From NCBI GenBank assembly GCA_013815345.1, contig JACDGK010000001.1, positions 3,076-67,075 on the forward strand: 64,000 nt of DNA, read 5' to 3'. The position numbers were made by a program, and so were the translations under genes. The notes beneath the pieces were generated by a model. That model was not told the origin of the DNA. It did not search any database and was given only the letters and a program-made list of their open reading frames with translations. Position 1 is the first letter of the stretch; every line of letters begins with the position of its first letter. This stretch comes from Patescibacteria group bacterium (GTDB lineage Bacteria > Patescibacteriota > Minisyncoccia > Phycocordibacterales > Phycocordibacteraceae). This document shows, one piece after another, positions 19,816-29,549 of this stretch.

Positions 19816-21526
19816 AACTTTCGGTGCTCTTCTGTGAATCGTATATCTGTACATATTCAGGGGATGTTGTGAGCAGTTCTTGGTGGGTACCCACTGCGAG
19901 CACTTCGCCTTCCATAAGAAGTATGATTTGATCGTATTTTTCGATCGGTGCGATCTTTTGTGTCACAGAGATGAGAGTAAGATCAGGATAATTCTTTGCA
20001 ACATTCGCCAAAATCTTGTGCTCGGTATTCGTATCAACCCGTGCGGTAAAATCATCGAGAAGCAGGATTTTAGGATTAAGCGCAAGTGCGCGTGCCAGCA
20101 TAATGCGTTGTTTCTGGCCACCTGAAAGCGATAGACCACGTTCTGAAACGATAGTATTAAGACCATCGGGTAAGGTGCCAATGAAGTCATGCAGTTCAGC
20201 GGTGTCGATTGCTTTTTGCAGATCGTCGTCGTTCACGGTATTGCTAAAGGCAATATTCTCCCGAAGTGTAAGGTTAAAAATGATACTGTCCTGAAAGACA
20301 AAACCGATCTGCTCGTGAAGTTTTTCTTTTTTGTAACTATCGATCGGCTCATTATCATATTCCACCAACCCGGTGGTCGGCTTCAAAAGTCCCGTAAGCA
20401 GATAGAGAAGCTGTGTCTTTCCTGCGGCCGTCGGCCCAATGATGGCATTTTTGGTTTTCGGTTGAACGGTAAAGGTAACCTCTTGGAGTGCTTTTCGCTC
20501 ACCGTAATGCACGGAGACATTTTTAATCTCAACCGCTCCTGAAAGCTCGTTTGTAAGCGTGCCGCTATCTGGAACATCTGCAGCGTTCAAGACATCTACA
20601 ATGCGTGCATAGGAAGCGCTTGCTTGTGCAATAACATTGCTCATAAAACCGATAATAATGATCGGGAAGATCAAAATGAGCAGGTAGCTATTGAATGCCG
20701 TAAAATTACCCAGACTCATCGAGCCATGAATGACGAAATACCCGCCGAGCACAAGAATAATAAGGGCGGCAAGATTTGAAATGAAAGTAATAGCGGGTAT
20801 GAGAAGCGCGAAATAGCCAATGATCTTTATACCGAGTTCGCGTGATGCCCCAGAAGCAGCTACAAATTTGGTGTATTCGAGATTACGAGAATCCACAAGG
20901 CGGATAAGTGAAGAACCTAAAATACTTTCACTAATAACTTTGTTCAGCCAGTCAAGTATTTCCTGAGCTTTTTTAAAGAGCTGTCGAACACGGGAGAGTA
21001 CGATGTAAAAAGTTACACCGATGATCGGAAGTATGGTGATTACGGCAAGGGCAAGACGCCAGTTAATAAGTAGGAGCAGCGTGCACGCACCAATAATAAG
21101 AAAGACCGAGGAAATGAGGGCTGCAATTGCTTGCGAAACAAAGGTTTTTACTGCATCCACATCGGAAGTGAGATTGGTCAGAAGTTTTGCGGGAGTGATG
21201 GTTTCTATCGTCGCATTTGCCTGTACCGATATTTTTGCCGCGACACGAGTGCGCAGGTCACGCGCAACTCGCTCCGAAGCAACGGTCTGCACAATGCTTT
21301 GGAAATAGGTAAAAATAAAAATACCGACCGCAATAAGAAAGAAGTCGAGAATGACGGTAGTGAGTACTAGATTTCCTCTCGTATAAGCATCAATCGCTCG
21401 TGAGGTGACCTGCGGTACCACGAGACTCAAACCGTTCGCAAGAATCGTGAGAATGGTTAGCAAAAAGATCCACCCTTTATAGGGCTTGAGGAGGCTTATG
21501 AGACTTGGTGGTTTTTTCTCTTTCAT
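19808..21526 (-). CDS. ABC exporter half-transporter (degenerate site), heterodimer partner
   Basis: TMD plus GPTAAGKT, LSGGQKQR, LLLDD, TQ in place of the His switch. Confidence 0.93.
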   Translation of the reverse strand: MKEKKPPSLISLLKPYKGWIFLLTILTILANGLSLVVPQVTSRAIDAYTRGNLVLTTVILDFFLIAVGIFIFTYFQSIVQTVASERVARDLRTRVAAKISVQANATIETITPAKLLTNLTSDVDAVKTFVSQAIAALISSVFLIIGACTLLLLINWRLALAVITILPIIGVTFYIVLSRVRQLFKKAQEILDWLNKVISESILGSSLIRLVDSRNLEYTKFVAASGASRELGIKIIGYFALLIPAITFISNLAALIILVLGGYFVIHGSMSLGNFTAFNSYLLILIFPIIIIGFMSNVIAQASASYARIVDVLNAADVPDSGTLTNELSGAVEIKNVSVHYGERKALQEVTFTVQPKTKNAIIGPTAAGKTQLLYLLTGLLKPTTGLVEYDNEPIDSYKKEKLHEQIGFVFQDSIIFNLTLRENIAFSNTVNDDDLQKAIDTAELHDFIGTLPDGLNTIVSERGLSLSGGQKQRIMLARALALNPKILLLDDFTARVDTNTEHKILANVAKNYPDLTLISVTQKIAPIEKYDQIILLMEGEVLAVGTHQELLTTSPEYVQIYDSQKSTESYE

Positions 21527-21544
21527 TACTGCTGGGCCTCTTGA

Positions 21545-21691
21545 TTATTTTGATGTTGAAACTGAAGGAAGGTTATTCATTGATTTCTCGATCTGCATGC
21601 CCAGATAGATACCGAGCACGAATACGCCTATGAAAAGCACTATCGCCACTGCCTGTGAGACAGGCGTCACGTGATTCCAATCGACTTTCAT
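21545..21691 (-). CDS. 48-aa single-TM protein (not in ORF track)
   Basis: MKVDWNHVTPVSQAVAIVLFIGVFVLGIYLGMQIEK...*; TACACT 6 nt before ATG. Confidence 0.75.
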   Translation of the reverse strand: MKVDWNHVTPVSQAVAIVLFIGVFVLGIYLGMQIEKSMNNLPSVSTSK

Positions 21692-21755
21692 TCCCCTAGT
21701 GTACCAAATTGGACTGATTTACGGAATAAATGCTGCTGCTGCATAACGAAGTTTT

Positions 21756-23105
21756 TCAATTCTTATTTTGCAAGCTATCTTGAATGGAAACGAGTGTGGC
21801 AAGAAGCGCGGCTGCACTCCACGCTTGCGTACGACACGCGCTTTGTCCGCTTGGTCCTCGGTATTCTTCAAAACCTTCATCCCCATACGCAAAAAGTTCG
21901 ATAGGCGTCTCAAAATGTGCATATGAATTTAAGAGAGCGACTCGCACTCTCTGAGCTTCATCGGTATACCCAAATCGTTCTAATCCCTCTGCTATGATTC
22001 CCGTGTCATGTGGCCATATCGAACCGTTGTGGTAACTATTTACCTCAAAATGTGATGAGAGAGATGAAAGGGTACGAATGCCTGCCTGCGGAATAAAAAG
22101 ATCTTGCTGCATCAGCCTTTCAACGATTCCCGAAACATGTGCAGAGTCGAGAATGCTTTGGGGAAGTTCCCCATGAAGAATCGGGGCTGCCCAAAGACAG
22201 TGTCCCATCGATGATCGTACGGAAGTCAGTAACGTTTCCGTTCCATCTACACCCGCAGCGAGCGCGGTTTTCCCGGTATCGGTGCGAACGAAAATCTCGA
22301 TGAATCTTTTTTTCAACATTCCCGCTTGTTCACTCAATATCTTTGCATATTGAGGATCTTCGATTGCAAAATAAACACCCCACCCAACGAATGCAGCATA
22401 GCTATAGGCTTGCACTTCTACCGAAGCGATCGGGTATGAAGGCCGAGTGTCATTATCCTCAAAAAAAAGTGACTCCGAGCTATCCATCCAGCTTTGTACC
22501 GCCAAACCGCCAAACCGCCGATCCTGATGGAAACGATAATCAATAAAAGCGTCATTATTAGTGTCGCCATAAATAGAAAGCCAGGAAAGCGAAGCGCGTA
22601 CGTACGGTAATATTTCATCCAAAAATGCCGCATCTTCGCTCACCTCGAAATATTCTTTACACGCCATAAGAAAAAGCGGTGTCGCATCGACCGTATCGTA
22701 GTTACGCATGATGTTATCGTCATACACATACCAAGGTTGAGTCAGATGCTTCGTGAGATGCTCATGGTTGCCGGGTCGGAACTCATGAATGTTTTTTCCG
22801 GGTTCTTCCCCGCTTTCTTGATTCACTTTCGTGCCCTGCAGTTTCCCTAAATTTATCAGAATCTTTCGTACGAGGGACAAGAAATACGTATCTTTTGTCT
22901 TTTTGTATACCTTCAAAAGCAAGAGGCTTGTGATAAGAGAGTCACGACCGAATACACAGCCATATACCTCATCTCGCCCCGAGGCAAGAATTCCTTCAGG
23001 TACTTCCAGCGATTGAATGGTGCGCATGCCGATATCCCACAAACGGCTACGCCGTTCGTTGCTTATGAGCTGTTCCTCGGGTAACCCGACCGGTAATGAT
23101 TCCAT
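21756..23105 (-). CDS. Amylo-alpha-1,6-glucosidase / glycogen-debranching-like glycoside hydrolase
   Basis: FGRDSLI, EEPGKNIHE, DATPLF, WMDS, YHNGSIWPHD, QAWS. Confidence 0.9.
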   Translation of the reverse strand: MESLPVGLPEEQLISNERRSRLWDIGMRTIQSLEVPEGILASGRDEVYGCVFGRDSLITSLLLLKVYKKTKDTYFLSLVRKILINLGKLQGTKVNQESGEEPGKNIHEFRPGNHEHLTKHLTQPWYVYDDNIMRNYDTVDATPLFLMACKEYFEVSEDAAFLDEILPYVRASLSWLSIYGDTNNDAFIDYRFHQDRRFGGLAVQSWMDSSESLFFEDNDTRPSYPIASVEVQAYSYAAFVGWGVYFAIEDPQYAKILSEQAGMLKKRFIEIFVRTDTGKTALAAGVDGTETLLTSVRSSMGHCLWAAPILHGELPQSILDSAHVSGIVERLMQQDLFIPQAGIRTLSSLSSHFEVNSYHNGSIWPHDTGIIAEGLERFGYTDEAQRVRVALLNSYAHFETPIELFAYGDEGFEEYRGPSGQSACRTQAWSAAALLATLVSIQDSLQNKN

Positions 23106-23117
23106 AGTAGTAGCATC

Positions 23118-23783
23118 CTACACCAAAGGACGCGTGATCGGCTCGGTATGGGATACCGTGTCGTAGTGATACAGGGTTCGATACAGCGGGATAGCAAATG
23201 ACACAGCAAGCCAAAACGCACCAAGCATAAAGCCTCCCAAGACATCGGTCAGATAGTGGTAGTTCAGAACGATACGCGAGACCCCCACCAAAAGAATAAT
23301 AAGGGTCGGCACGATAATCGCGGCAATTTTCGCTGGTCTCGACTTCGCATGTATAAAAAGGAGTACGCCAAGAAATCCATACAGCACCATGCTTTCATTT
23401 GAGTGACCGCTCGGAAATGAGTAGGAGTGTATCGCCTGAAGTCCGGCAAGCGTTGTGGGTCGTGCGCGATGAAGTAATTCTTTTATGTACTCTCCTGAAA
23501 TCGTAGCGCCGAGAAGTGCGAGCAGCAGTCGAGCAATAATATCCGGCCGGTGTCGGTAGAGATAGGCGATAACAAGAAAGACTGCGATGACCGCCTCCGT
23601 GCTCCCAAAAGTGGTGATCACCACGAATACGTTTGACCACCCTGGAGTCTGTAGGGGTATGGCGAGGGTATGCACAAAGGTATCAACCACCGATAACGTG
23701 ACGGGGAAAAGGGTTATGAGCGCCGCGAGTAGTATGAATACGGTGGCGAAGCCGAATGCTGAATGCGGTAAATAGCGTTTCAT
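23118..23783 (-). CDS. PAP2 family phosphatase
   Basis: K-x6-RP, SFPSGH, SRIVLNYHYLTDV. Confidence 0.93.
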   Translation of the reverse strand: MKRYLPHSAFGFATVFILLAALITLFPVTLSVVDTFVHTLAIPLQTPGWSNVFVVITTFGSTEAVIAVFLVIAYLYRHRPDIIARLLLALLGATISGEYIKELLHRARPTTLAGLQAIHSYSFPSGHSNESMVLYGFLGVLLFIHAKSRPAKIAAIIVPTLIILLVGVSRIVLNYHYLTDVLGGFMLGAFWLAVSFAIPLYRTLYHYDTVSHTEPITRPLV

Positions 23784-23801
23784 TCTATAAAGTGTACCGT
23801 A

Positions 23802-23838
23802 TCCAAGAACAGGCGCCACGAGGGCGCCTGTTCTTGGA
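23802..23838. terminator. Hairpin downstream of the DsbA-like gene
   Basis: TCCAAGAACAGGCGCC-ACGAG-GGCGCCTGTTCTTGGA perfect 16-bp stem. Confidence 0.6.
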
Positions 23839-23855
23839 CCTGGATAAAGATAAAA

Positions 23856-24614
23856 TTATTTCTTCAGCAAAGCATCGACTGCTGCCGAAACGGTTGGGTA
23901 ACTCTGCCCTCCTTGAAGAAGGGTCGTGCCGACAATAATACTTGGCGTGCCCTGAATACCGAAGGCTGCTCCCTCAGTTCGATCAGCAGCGATCGCCGTG
24001 TCGTACTGCGCTTTCTTTTGTGTCATGAGCGCAGTAACTTTTGCTACATCAACACCAGGAATGCCTGCCGTAAGTTTCTGAATCGAAGCAAGATCACCGA
24101 AACCACTATTCTCATCATCTTGAGCGTTAAACATTGCCGTGAGCCATGGGTAGTATTGGCTTGGATAGACTTCCCACATTGCGCGGCCAAATTCTGCAGC
24201 GGTCGTAGAGTCATCACGACCCGCGATTGGCGAACGTTCGCCAAGGAATTGGAAATCCTTGAAGACGATCTTTAACTTTCCTGCCTGCACGTAGTTTGTG
24301 TTCAGCTGCGTGATAACCGTTTGGTCGAGCTGCTTACAATATGGGCACTGGTAGTCAAACCACACTGCCATAGTGACAGGCGCGCTTGCGTTGCCAATAT
24401 ATGGCCCGCCATCCATCTTCACTTTTTGTATGTCTACGGCTACTGCTTGTTGGCCAGTATCTCCCGAAGAAGGTTGATTGGGAGCGATCTTGCCGTGTCC
24501 ATACACGAGGGCACCCGCTAATATGACCGCCCCGAGAAGAACCGCGATCGGCGTTAGGTAACGTTCGGTGAAGACGTTGCTTGAAGTATTGTTTGAGTTG
24601 TTATGTTCTGCCAT
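23856..24614 (-). CDS. Membrane-anchored DsbA/thioredoxin-fold oxidoreductase
   Basis: DYQCPYC, GIQGTP, N-terminal TM. Confidence 0.92.
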   Translation of the reverse strand: MAEHNNSNNTSSNVFTERYLTPIAVLLGAVILAGALVYGHGKIAPNQPSSGDTGQQAVAVDIQKVKMDGGPYIGNASAPVTMAVWFDYQCPYCKQLDQTVITQLNTNYVQAGKLKIVFKDFQFLGERSPIAGRDDSTTAAEFGRAMWEVYPSQYYPWLTAMFNAQDDENSGFGDLASIQKLTAGIPGVDVAKVTALMTQKKAQYDTAIAADRTEGAAFGIQGTPSIIVGTTLLQGGQSYPTVSAAVDALLKK

Positions 24615-24642
24615 ACCAAATGCACTTAGGGTAATGGGACTA

Positions 24643-25137
24643 TTATCGCTTTTTTGCGGCCTTTTTGGAAGCCTTCTTTGGAGCAGCTTTTTTCACTTTC
24701 TTTGCGACTTTTTTGGCTGCTTTTTTTGCTTTGGAGCGGCCTTTCTTAGCTGCTTTTTCCACCTTTCCTGCAGGTTTTAGTTCTGCTTCAATCTTTTGCC
24801 AATTTTGCTTGAGTTCATTTGCAGCACGCACAAGATCTTCGCGACGAACGCTACGGACACTTTGGTATGCCTTTGCGGTCTCGTCGACGATAGCAGCTAC
24901 TGCTTGTCTATCGAGCTTTTGAACTTTCTTTGCTTCTTTGATCACTTCTTTCTTCATATCATTTGCCCATTTTGCAGCTTGACGACGATGCTTAGGTGCC
25001 TTCGCCGTTCCGTAAAAATAGTATCCAGCTCCTGCTGCAGCCGCGGCGGCGAGTACTCCTGCGCCGATTTCAGCGGCGAGCATTTTATTATTATTTTTCT
25101 TACTAGCCTTTTTCTGAACTTTTTTCTTTTGAGCCAT
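24643..25137 (-). CDS. YtxH-like membrane protein with Lys/Ala-rich histone-H1-like tail
   Basis: ATG 25137; AAAAAGAGYYFYG hydrophobic segment, helical region, KKAAKK repeats. Confidence 0.75.
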   Translation of the reverse strand: MAQKKKVQKKASKKNNNKMLAAEIGAGVLAAAAAAGAGYYFYGTAKAPKHRRQAAKWANDMKKEVIKEAKKVQKLDRQAVAAIVDETAKAYQSVRSVRREDLVRAANELKQNWQKIEAELKPAGKVEKAAKKGRSKAKKAAKKVAKKVKKAAPKKASKKAAKKR

Positions 25138-25156
25138 GAATATACAATTTGAGTTA

Positions 25157-25441
25157 TTAAGAGCTGCGTTTCTTCTTTGTGAGAAGGCGCTTTTTAGTCT
25201 TGTCCGCAAATCCTAAGAGAGACAAGAGACTGGATCCCCCACGCTTGATGGTTGCTCGTGCTTCATCAAGGTCTCCCTTGAGTGCTTCTGCTTCATCTTC
25301 CACCGTGTGAGCAATTGAGTCGAGTGTTCGCAACAGTCTAATCACATAGAAAATTGCTATACCTACAAGTATCGTAAGCACGACAAGACCGATCGTTGCT
25401 ACAACGAAAAAGATGTCCATCTTGAGAAATTCCTGGGGCAC
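25157..25441 (-). CDS. Single-TM coiled-coil protein (DUF948/YtxG-like)
   Basis: TM followed by a helical segment; precedes the YtxH-like gene. Confidence 0.7.
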   Translation of the reverse strand: MPQEFLKMDIFFVVATIGLVVLTILVGIAIFYVIRLLRTLDSIAHTVEDEAEALKGDLDEARATIKRGGSSLLSLLGFADKTKKRLLTKKKRSS

Positions 25442-25479
25442 CTCTTTAGTGTAGCATCCTCAAAAAGTGCAAATGGGTA

Positions 25480-25528
25480 AAGTGCAATACAAAAAGACCC
25501 CCAAAAGGGGTCTTTTTGTATTGCACTT
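25480..25528. terminator. Long terminator hairpin after the DEAD-box helicase
   Basis: Perfect 22-bp inverted repeat AAGTGCAATACAAAAAGACCCC / GGGGTCTTTTTGTATTGCACTT. Confidence 0.8.
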
Positions 25529-25556
25529 AGTGCTAGCTCCAGAGGTGGCCGTTTAT

Positions 25557-26849
25557 TTAAATAAACGTTAGCGCCTTCCCCGCGAGTCCCGCACGGCCGG
25601 TACGACCGATACGGTGGGTATAATCTTCGTACGTAGACGGTAGATCGTAGTTGATGACATGCGAAACACCCGAGATATCGAGGCCACGAGCTGCAACATC
25701 AGTCGCGACGAGCACCTGGACATGGTCCTGTTTGAAAAGACCAAGTGCCTTCTGGCGACGACCGTGTGTTTTGTCGCCATGAATCGAGTCTGCGCGGATA
25801 CCGCGAGAACCGAGATCTTTCGCAAGACGCTCAACCCCGTGCTTCGTGCGTCCGAAAACCAATACCTTACTAAACGTAGGATCATTTTTGAGCATACCGA
25901 CGAGTATCTCGAATTTCGACTCACCGTTACCGACACGAATAACGTCCTGATCGATAGTGCGAGCTGTATCGCGGGTCTTCACTGAAACGCGCGCGGGCTT
26001 GTTGAGAAATTCACCAATAAGTCCTTCGATCTCCCGCGACAAGGTCGCTGAAAAGAAGAGCGTATGACGTTTCTTCGACATTTTCGCCATGATGAAGCGC
26101 ATGTCAGGGATGAATCCCATGTCGAGCATACGGTCAGCCTCGTCGAGGACGACGGTTTGAAATACGGAAAGCTCAAGCTCGCCACGTTCCATAAGGTCTT
26201 TCAAACGTCCCGGGGTTCCAATAACGAAATTCGGCTTACGACGTAGCACGCGGATCTGAGGCTCGATGCCTGCTCCACCCACGCAACAGACGGCATTGAT
26301 TTGGAGGCCTTTTGCAAAGCCGTAGAATTCTTGTTCGATTTGAATAGCGAGTTCTCGTGTCGGCACCATGATGAGCGCTCGTTCGTTTCGATCATTCAGC
26401 ACTTTGTCGATAAGAGGAAGCAGAAACGCTGCTGTTTTGCCCGTTCCGGTATTCGCGATACCCACGATGTCCTCCCCATCAAGCACGTGAGGGATTGATT
26501 TATCTTGGATAGGCGTCGGCGTGATGTAGCCTTTTTTCGCTACATTCTCTTTGAGACGGCCGTCCAGAGCAAAATCACTGAACTGATGTTCAGGGATAAA
26601 TACCTCCGGTGCTTCGCCCACAACTGCTTTATTAATAAGTTTTGAGAGGTCGATAGACATCTCTTGGAATCCGCGCTTGCCTTTTGGACGTGCTTGCGAA
26701 TGAGATGAAAAGCTTCCACGACTACTGTTTCCGCCGAAGCTTGAACGATTGCCGTATGAGTGTGATGAAGAACGGCCATAGCCGCTGCTTCGTCCGCCTG
26801 TTTGCGGAGCGCGACGTCCATCAGTGCGCCGTATATACGTTGTTGCCAT
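25557..26849 (-). CDS. DEAD-box RNA helicase (RhlE-like) with R/G/S-rich N-terminus
   Basis: PTPIQ, GTGKT, PTRELA, DEAD, SAT, ARGLD, HRIGRTGR. Confidence 0.97.
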   Translation of the reverse strand: MATTYIRRTDGRRAPQTGGRSSGYGRSSSHSYGNRSSFGGNSSRGSFSSHSQARPKGKRGFQEMSIDLSKLINKAVVGEAPEVFIPEHQFSDFALDGRLKENVAKKGYITPTPIQDKSIPHVLDGEDIVGIANTGTGKTAAFLLPLIDKVLNDRNERALIMVPTRELAIQIEQEFYGFAKGLQINAVCCVGGAGIEPQIRVLRRKPNFVIGTPGRLKDLMERGELELSVFQTVVLDEADRMLDMGFIPDMRFIMAKMSKKRHTLFFSATLSREIEGLIGEFLNKPARVSVKTRDTARTIDQDVIRVGNGESKFEILVGMLKNDPTFSKVLVFGRTKHGVERLAKDLGSRGIRADSIHGDKTHGRRQKALGLFKQDHVQVLVATDVAARGLDISGVSHVINYDLPSTYEDYTHRIGRTGRAGLAGKALTFI

Positions 26850-27080
26850 TTAATTATTCTGTATGAGTTTGTGCGCAGCGTCTGTGCCCGTATGAAAAAG
26901 GCCTGTCGCGAATCCGCGCGGATTTATATAAGAAACCGAAGGAGTCAAAAAATTGCACGCCTCAGGCTTGACCGATCTCGAGAGTTTGCAGGTTCGTGTC
27001 CATTTACACGTGAACGTTGCTTTGCCACCTGGTCCTGAGCGACTCTCAAGACGATAAACCGTGGAGAACTGGTTAGCTAC
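26850..27080 (-). promoter_or_regulatory. Long structured 5' leader of the DEAD-box helicase
   Basis: TTGCAA-16-TATTGT promoter about 230 nt upstream of ATG; nested stems CTCAGG/CCTGAG, GACC/GGTC, CGTGT/ACACG. Confidence 0.5.
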
Positions 27081-27107
27081 ACAATAGCATACCTCGTTAG
27101 TTTTGCA

Positions 27108-27304
27108 AGCTCCTTATCAAGGAGCTAAACGTATCGACCCCCGGCTTGATAAATCAAGTCGGGGGTCAGGCTCATCCGGTGAGCGGCCGAAAGGTCAGAC
27201 GGCGGCGGCGCTGTTGTGCAGGCCGGGCACCGGGGCGGCGGCGGTCAGGTCGATGAGGATCACCTTCCCGAACCCGACTTGCGTCCGCCGCCTAGGGGAG
27301 CGGT
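27108..27304. other. GC-rich structured element (ncRNA or short coding insert)
   Basis: Strong local GC rise; GACCCCCGGCTTGAT-AA-ATCAAGTCGGGGGTC hairpin; GGCGGCG/CGCCGCC long hairpin. Confidence 0.45.
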
Positions 27305-27457
27305 TTATACGATAGGATTTTTTCCTTGAATGAGACGAATGAGAATCAAGATGATGGCAACCACAAGTAGAATGTGGATAAAGCCTCCAATCGTATATGA
27401 AGTTACCAGACCAAGGGCCCAAAGTATGAGCAAGATAACGGCGATCGTGATAAGCAT
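27305..27457 (-). CDS. Lmo0937-family small membrane protein (not in ORF track)
   Basis: MLITIAVILLILWALGLVTSYTIGGFIHILLVVAIILILIRLIQGKNPIV*. Confidence 0.88.
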   Translation of the reverse strand: MLITIAVILLILWALGLVTSYTIGGFIHILLVVAIILILIRLIQGKNPIV

Positions 27458-27542
27458 AAATATAGATTTTAGTGTGTAAGGCGAGCTACGCTTCAGTAGA
27501 ATATATATACACTTACCAGTATGAAGACTTTATGAAATAGCG

Positions 27543-29336
27543 TTATTTCTGTTTGTTTCGTGCTTTGACACGCTCGCTCTCATTCAAAAACTGTTTACGC
27601 AAACGCACACTGAGTGGAGTAATCTCAAGGTATTCATCTTCTGCCATTATTTCGAGGCCGCGTTCGATAGTGAGCGTAAAAGGAGGAACAAGATTGATCG
27701 CTTCGTCGTTACCGGAAGAGCGCACGTTTGTGAGATTCTTTCCTTTCGTAGGGTTCACCATCATTTCCTCGCCCTTTGACGTATTGCCGATAACCATACC
27801 TTCATATACTTCAATGGCCGGCATAATATACATAACTCCCCGCTCTTGAAGGCCCCACAGTGCATAGCCGAGTGCCTTGCCTGGCGCCATCGAGATCATC
27901 GAGCCCACCTGACGCTTCTTGATGTCTCCTGCGTACAGCTTAAAGCCGAGCACGCGCGATGAAAGGATACCCTCCCCTTTTGTGTCGATAACGAATTGGT
28001 TGCGATACCCCAGAAGTCCGCGGGTCGGCCCTTCGAACGTAAGGCGGACGAGATCGTCGCTCTGAGTAAGGTTTTGAAGCACAAATGCTCGGGTACCGAG
28101 TCGTTCAATGATCGCACCTTGGAATTCACTTGGTGTATCAATAATCACTTCTTCGAATGGCTCAAGTTTTTTGCCTTCCTCTTCACGGATAATGACCTGC
28201 GGCTGCGAGACCTGGAGCTCGTATCCCGACCGCCGCATGTTTTCGAGAAGTATCGCAATGTGAAGTTCACCACGTCCTGATACTTTGAACGAGTCAGGGG
28301 AAACGAAGTCAATTTTGAGTCCCACGTTTACTTCAAGTTCACGTTCAAGATACTCGCGAAGTTGGCGAGAAGTGACAAATTTTCCTTCACGTCCCGCAAA
28401 AGGAGAGTTGTTCACAAGGAAGTTAAGCGTAATGGTCGGTTCGTCGATAGCGATTGCCGGAAGTGCTTCGGCATTTTGGTCGGTGGTGATCGTTTCGCCG
28501 ATGAAAATGTCCGAGAGGCCCGCAAGCAACACAATATCCCCTGCCTGTGCTTCAGCCACCTCCACACGCTCAATTCCCTTGAAAGAGAAAATCTTGGTGA
28601 GTTTTCCTGTACGGGTTTCACCATCTGGCTTTTTTACAAATACCTGCTCGCCTACATGAACAACACCCTCGTAAATGCGAGCGACAGCAAGACGACCAAG
28701 GAAATTGTCATAGCCAAGGTTAAAGGATTGGATACGAAGAGGCTGTGCAATGAGCTCAGGCGTTGCCGCAGACGCCACATGCTCAAGAATGACGTCGAGA
28801 AGCGGGGTAAGGTCTTTTCGTTCATCATCAAGGCTGCGCATTGCTACCCCCTCACGGCCTATTGAATAAACAGTGGTGAAATTCGCCTGTTCATCCGAAG
28901 CACCGAGCTCGAGAAAGAGTTCGAGCACCTGTTCCTCTGCCCAAGCAGGATTAGCGGCAGCCTTATCTATTTTATTTAAAACGACAATGGGTTTAATGCC
29001 GAGTTCCAGTGACTTTTTGAGTACAAATCGTGTTTGTGGCATCGGACCTTCTTGCGCATCAACGACGAGAAGCACAGAATCAATAGAACGAAGTACGCGT
29101 TCGACTTCAGAACCGAAATCCGCGTGGCCCGGTGTATCGACAATATTGATTTTGGTTCCTTTATATTCTATTGAAGTATTTTTGGAGTAAATGGTGATGC
29201 CGCGCTCTAGCTCGATAGAGTTCGAGTCCATGGAAATACCCTCAACCGCCGCACCTGTTTGACGCATCAAAGCATCCGTCAAGGTAGTCTTGCCGTGGTC
29301 AACGTGCGCGATAATCGCGATGTTTCGGATTTCCAT
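27543..29336 (-). CDS. typA: Translational GTPase TypA/BipA
   Basis: AHVDHGKTT, ERGITI, DTPGHADF, NKID, SPFAGREGK, GRGELH, YEGMVIG. Confidence 0.98.
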   Translation of the reverse strand: MEIRNIAIIAHVDHGKTTLTDALMRQTGAAVEGISMDSNSIELERGITIYSKNTSIEYKGTKINIVDTPGHADFGSEVERVLRSIDSVLLVVDAQEGPMPQTRFVLKKSLELGIKPIVVLNKIDKAAANPAWAEEQVLELFLELGASDEQANFTTVYSIGREGVAMRSLDDERKDLTPLLDVILEHVASAATPELIAQPLRIQSFNLGYDNFLGRLAVARIYEGVVHVGEQVFVKKPDGETRTGKLTKIFSFKGIERVEVAEAQAGDIVLLAGLSDIFIGETITTDQNAEALPAIAIDEPTITLNFLVNNSPFAGREGKFVTSRQLREYLERELEVNVGLKIDFVSPDSFKVSGRGELHIAILLENMRRSGYELQVSQPQVIIREEEGKKLEPFEEVIIDTPSEFQGAIIERLGTRAFVLQNLTQSDDLVRLTFEGPTRGLLGYRNQFVIDTKGEGILSSRVLGFKLYAGDIKKRQVGSMISMAPGKALGYALWGLQERGVMYIMPAIEVYEGMVIGNTSKGEEMMVNPTKGKNLTNVRSSGNDEAINLVPPFTLTIERGLEIMAEDEYLEITPLSVRLRKQFLNESERVKARNKQK

Positions 29337-29422
29337 AATAAAAAGGGGCGCCGCTTGTGACGGGCCGTTATATATAAAGTAACCTTATATTCGCTTTCCG
29401 TCAACAAATATTCGATATGATA

Positions 29423-29490
29423 CGCCGGCAAGGAGGATTGAACTCCTGGGATGTGATTTGATAGATCTATCCTGTCACCAGACCGCCGGC
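29423..29490 (-). ncRNA. Atypical tRNA-like RNA (anticodon-like ATC, discriminator G, reduced D-arm, no encoded CCA)
   Basis: Acceptor GCCGGCG/TGCCGGC, T-arm AGGAG-TTCAATC-CTCCT, mini D-arm GTC-TGGT-GAC, arm with 7-nt loop CTATCAA; TATGCT -10 box 6 nt upstream. Confidence 0.6.
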
Positions 29491-29549
29491 TCTGTGAGCA
29501 TAGCGAATTAGTGATAAAGAATTCCTGGAGAAAAAATCTAGATTGTATT

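Noticed and set aside
19808-21526. Degenerate Walker B and His switch in the ABC transporter
   Set aside because: Normal for heterodimeric ABC exporters.
27130-27304. tmRNA or SRP RNA
   Set aside because: No G3-U70 acceptor, T-arm or CCA, and no CAGG..GGAA..AGCAG domain IV. Kept only as an unexplained element.
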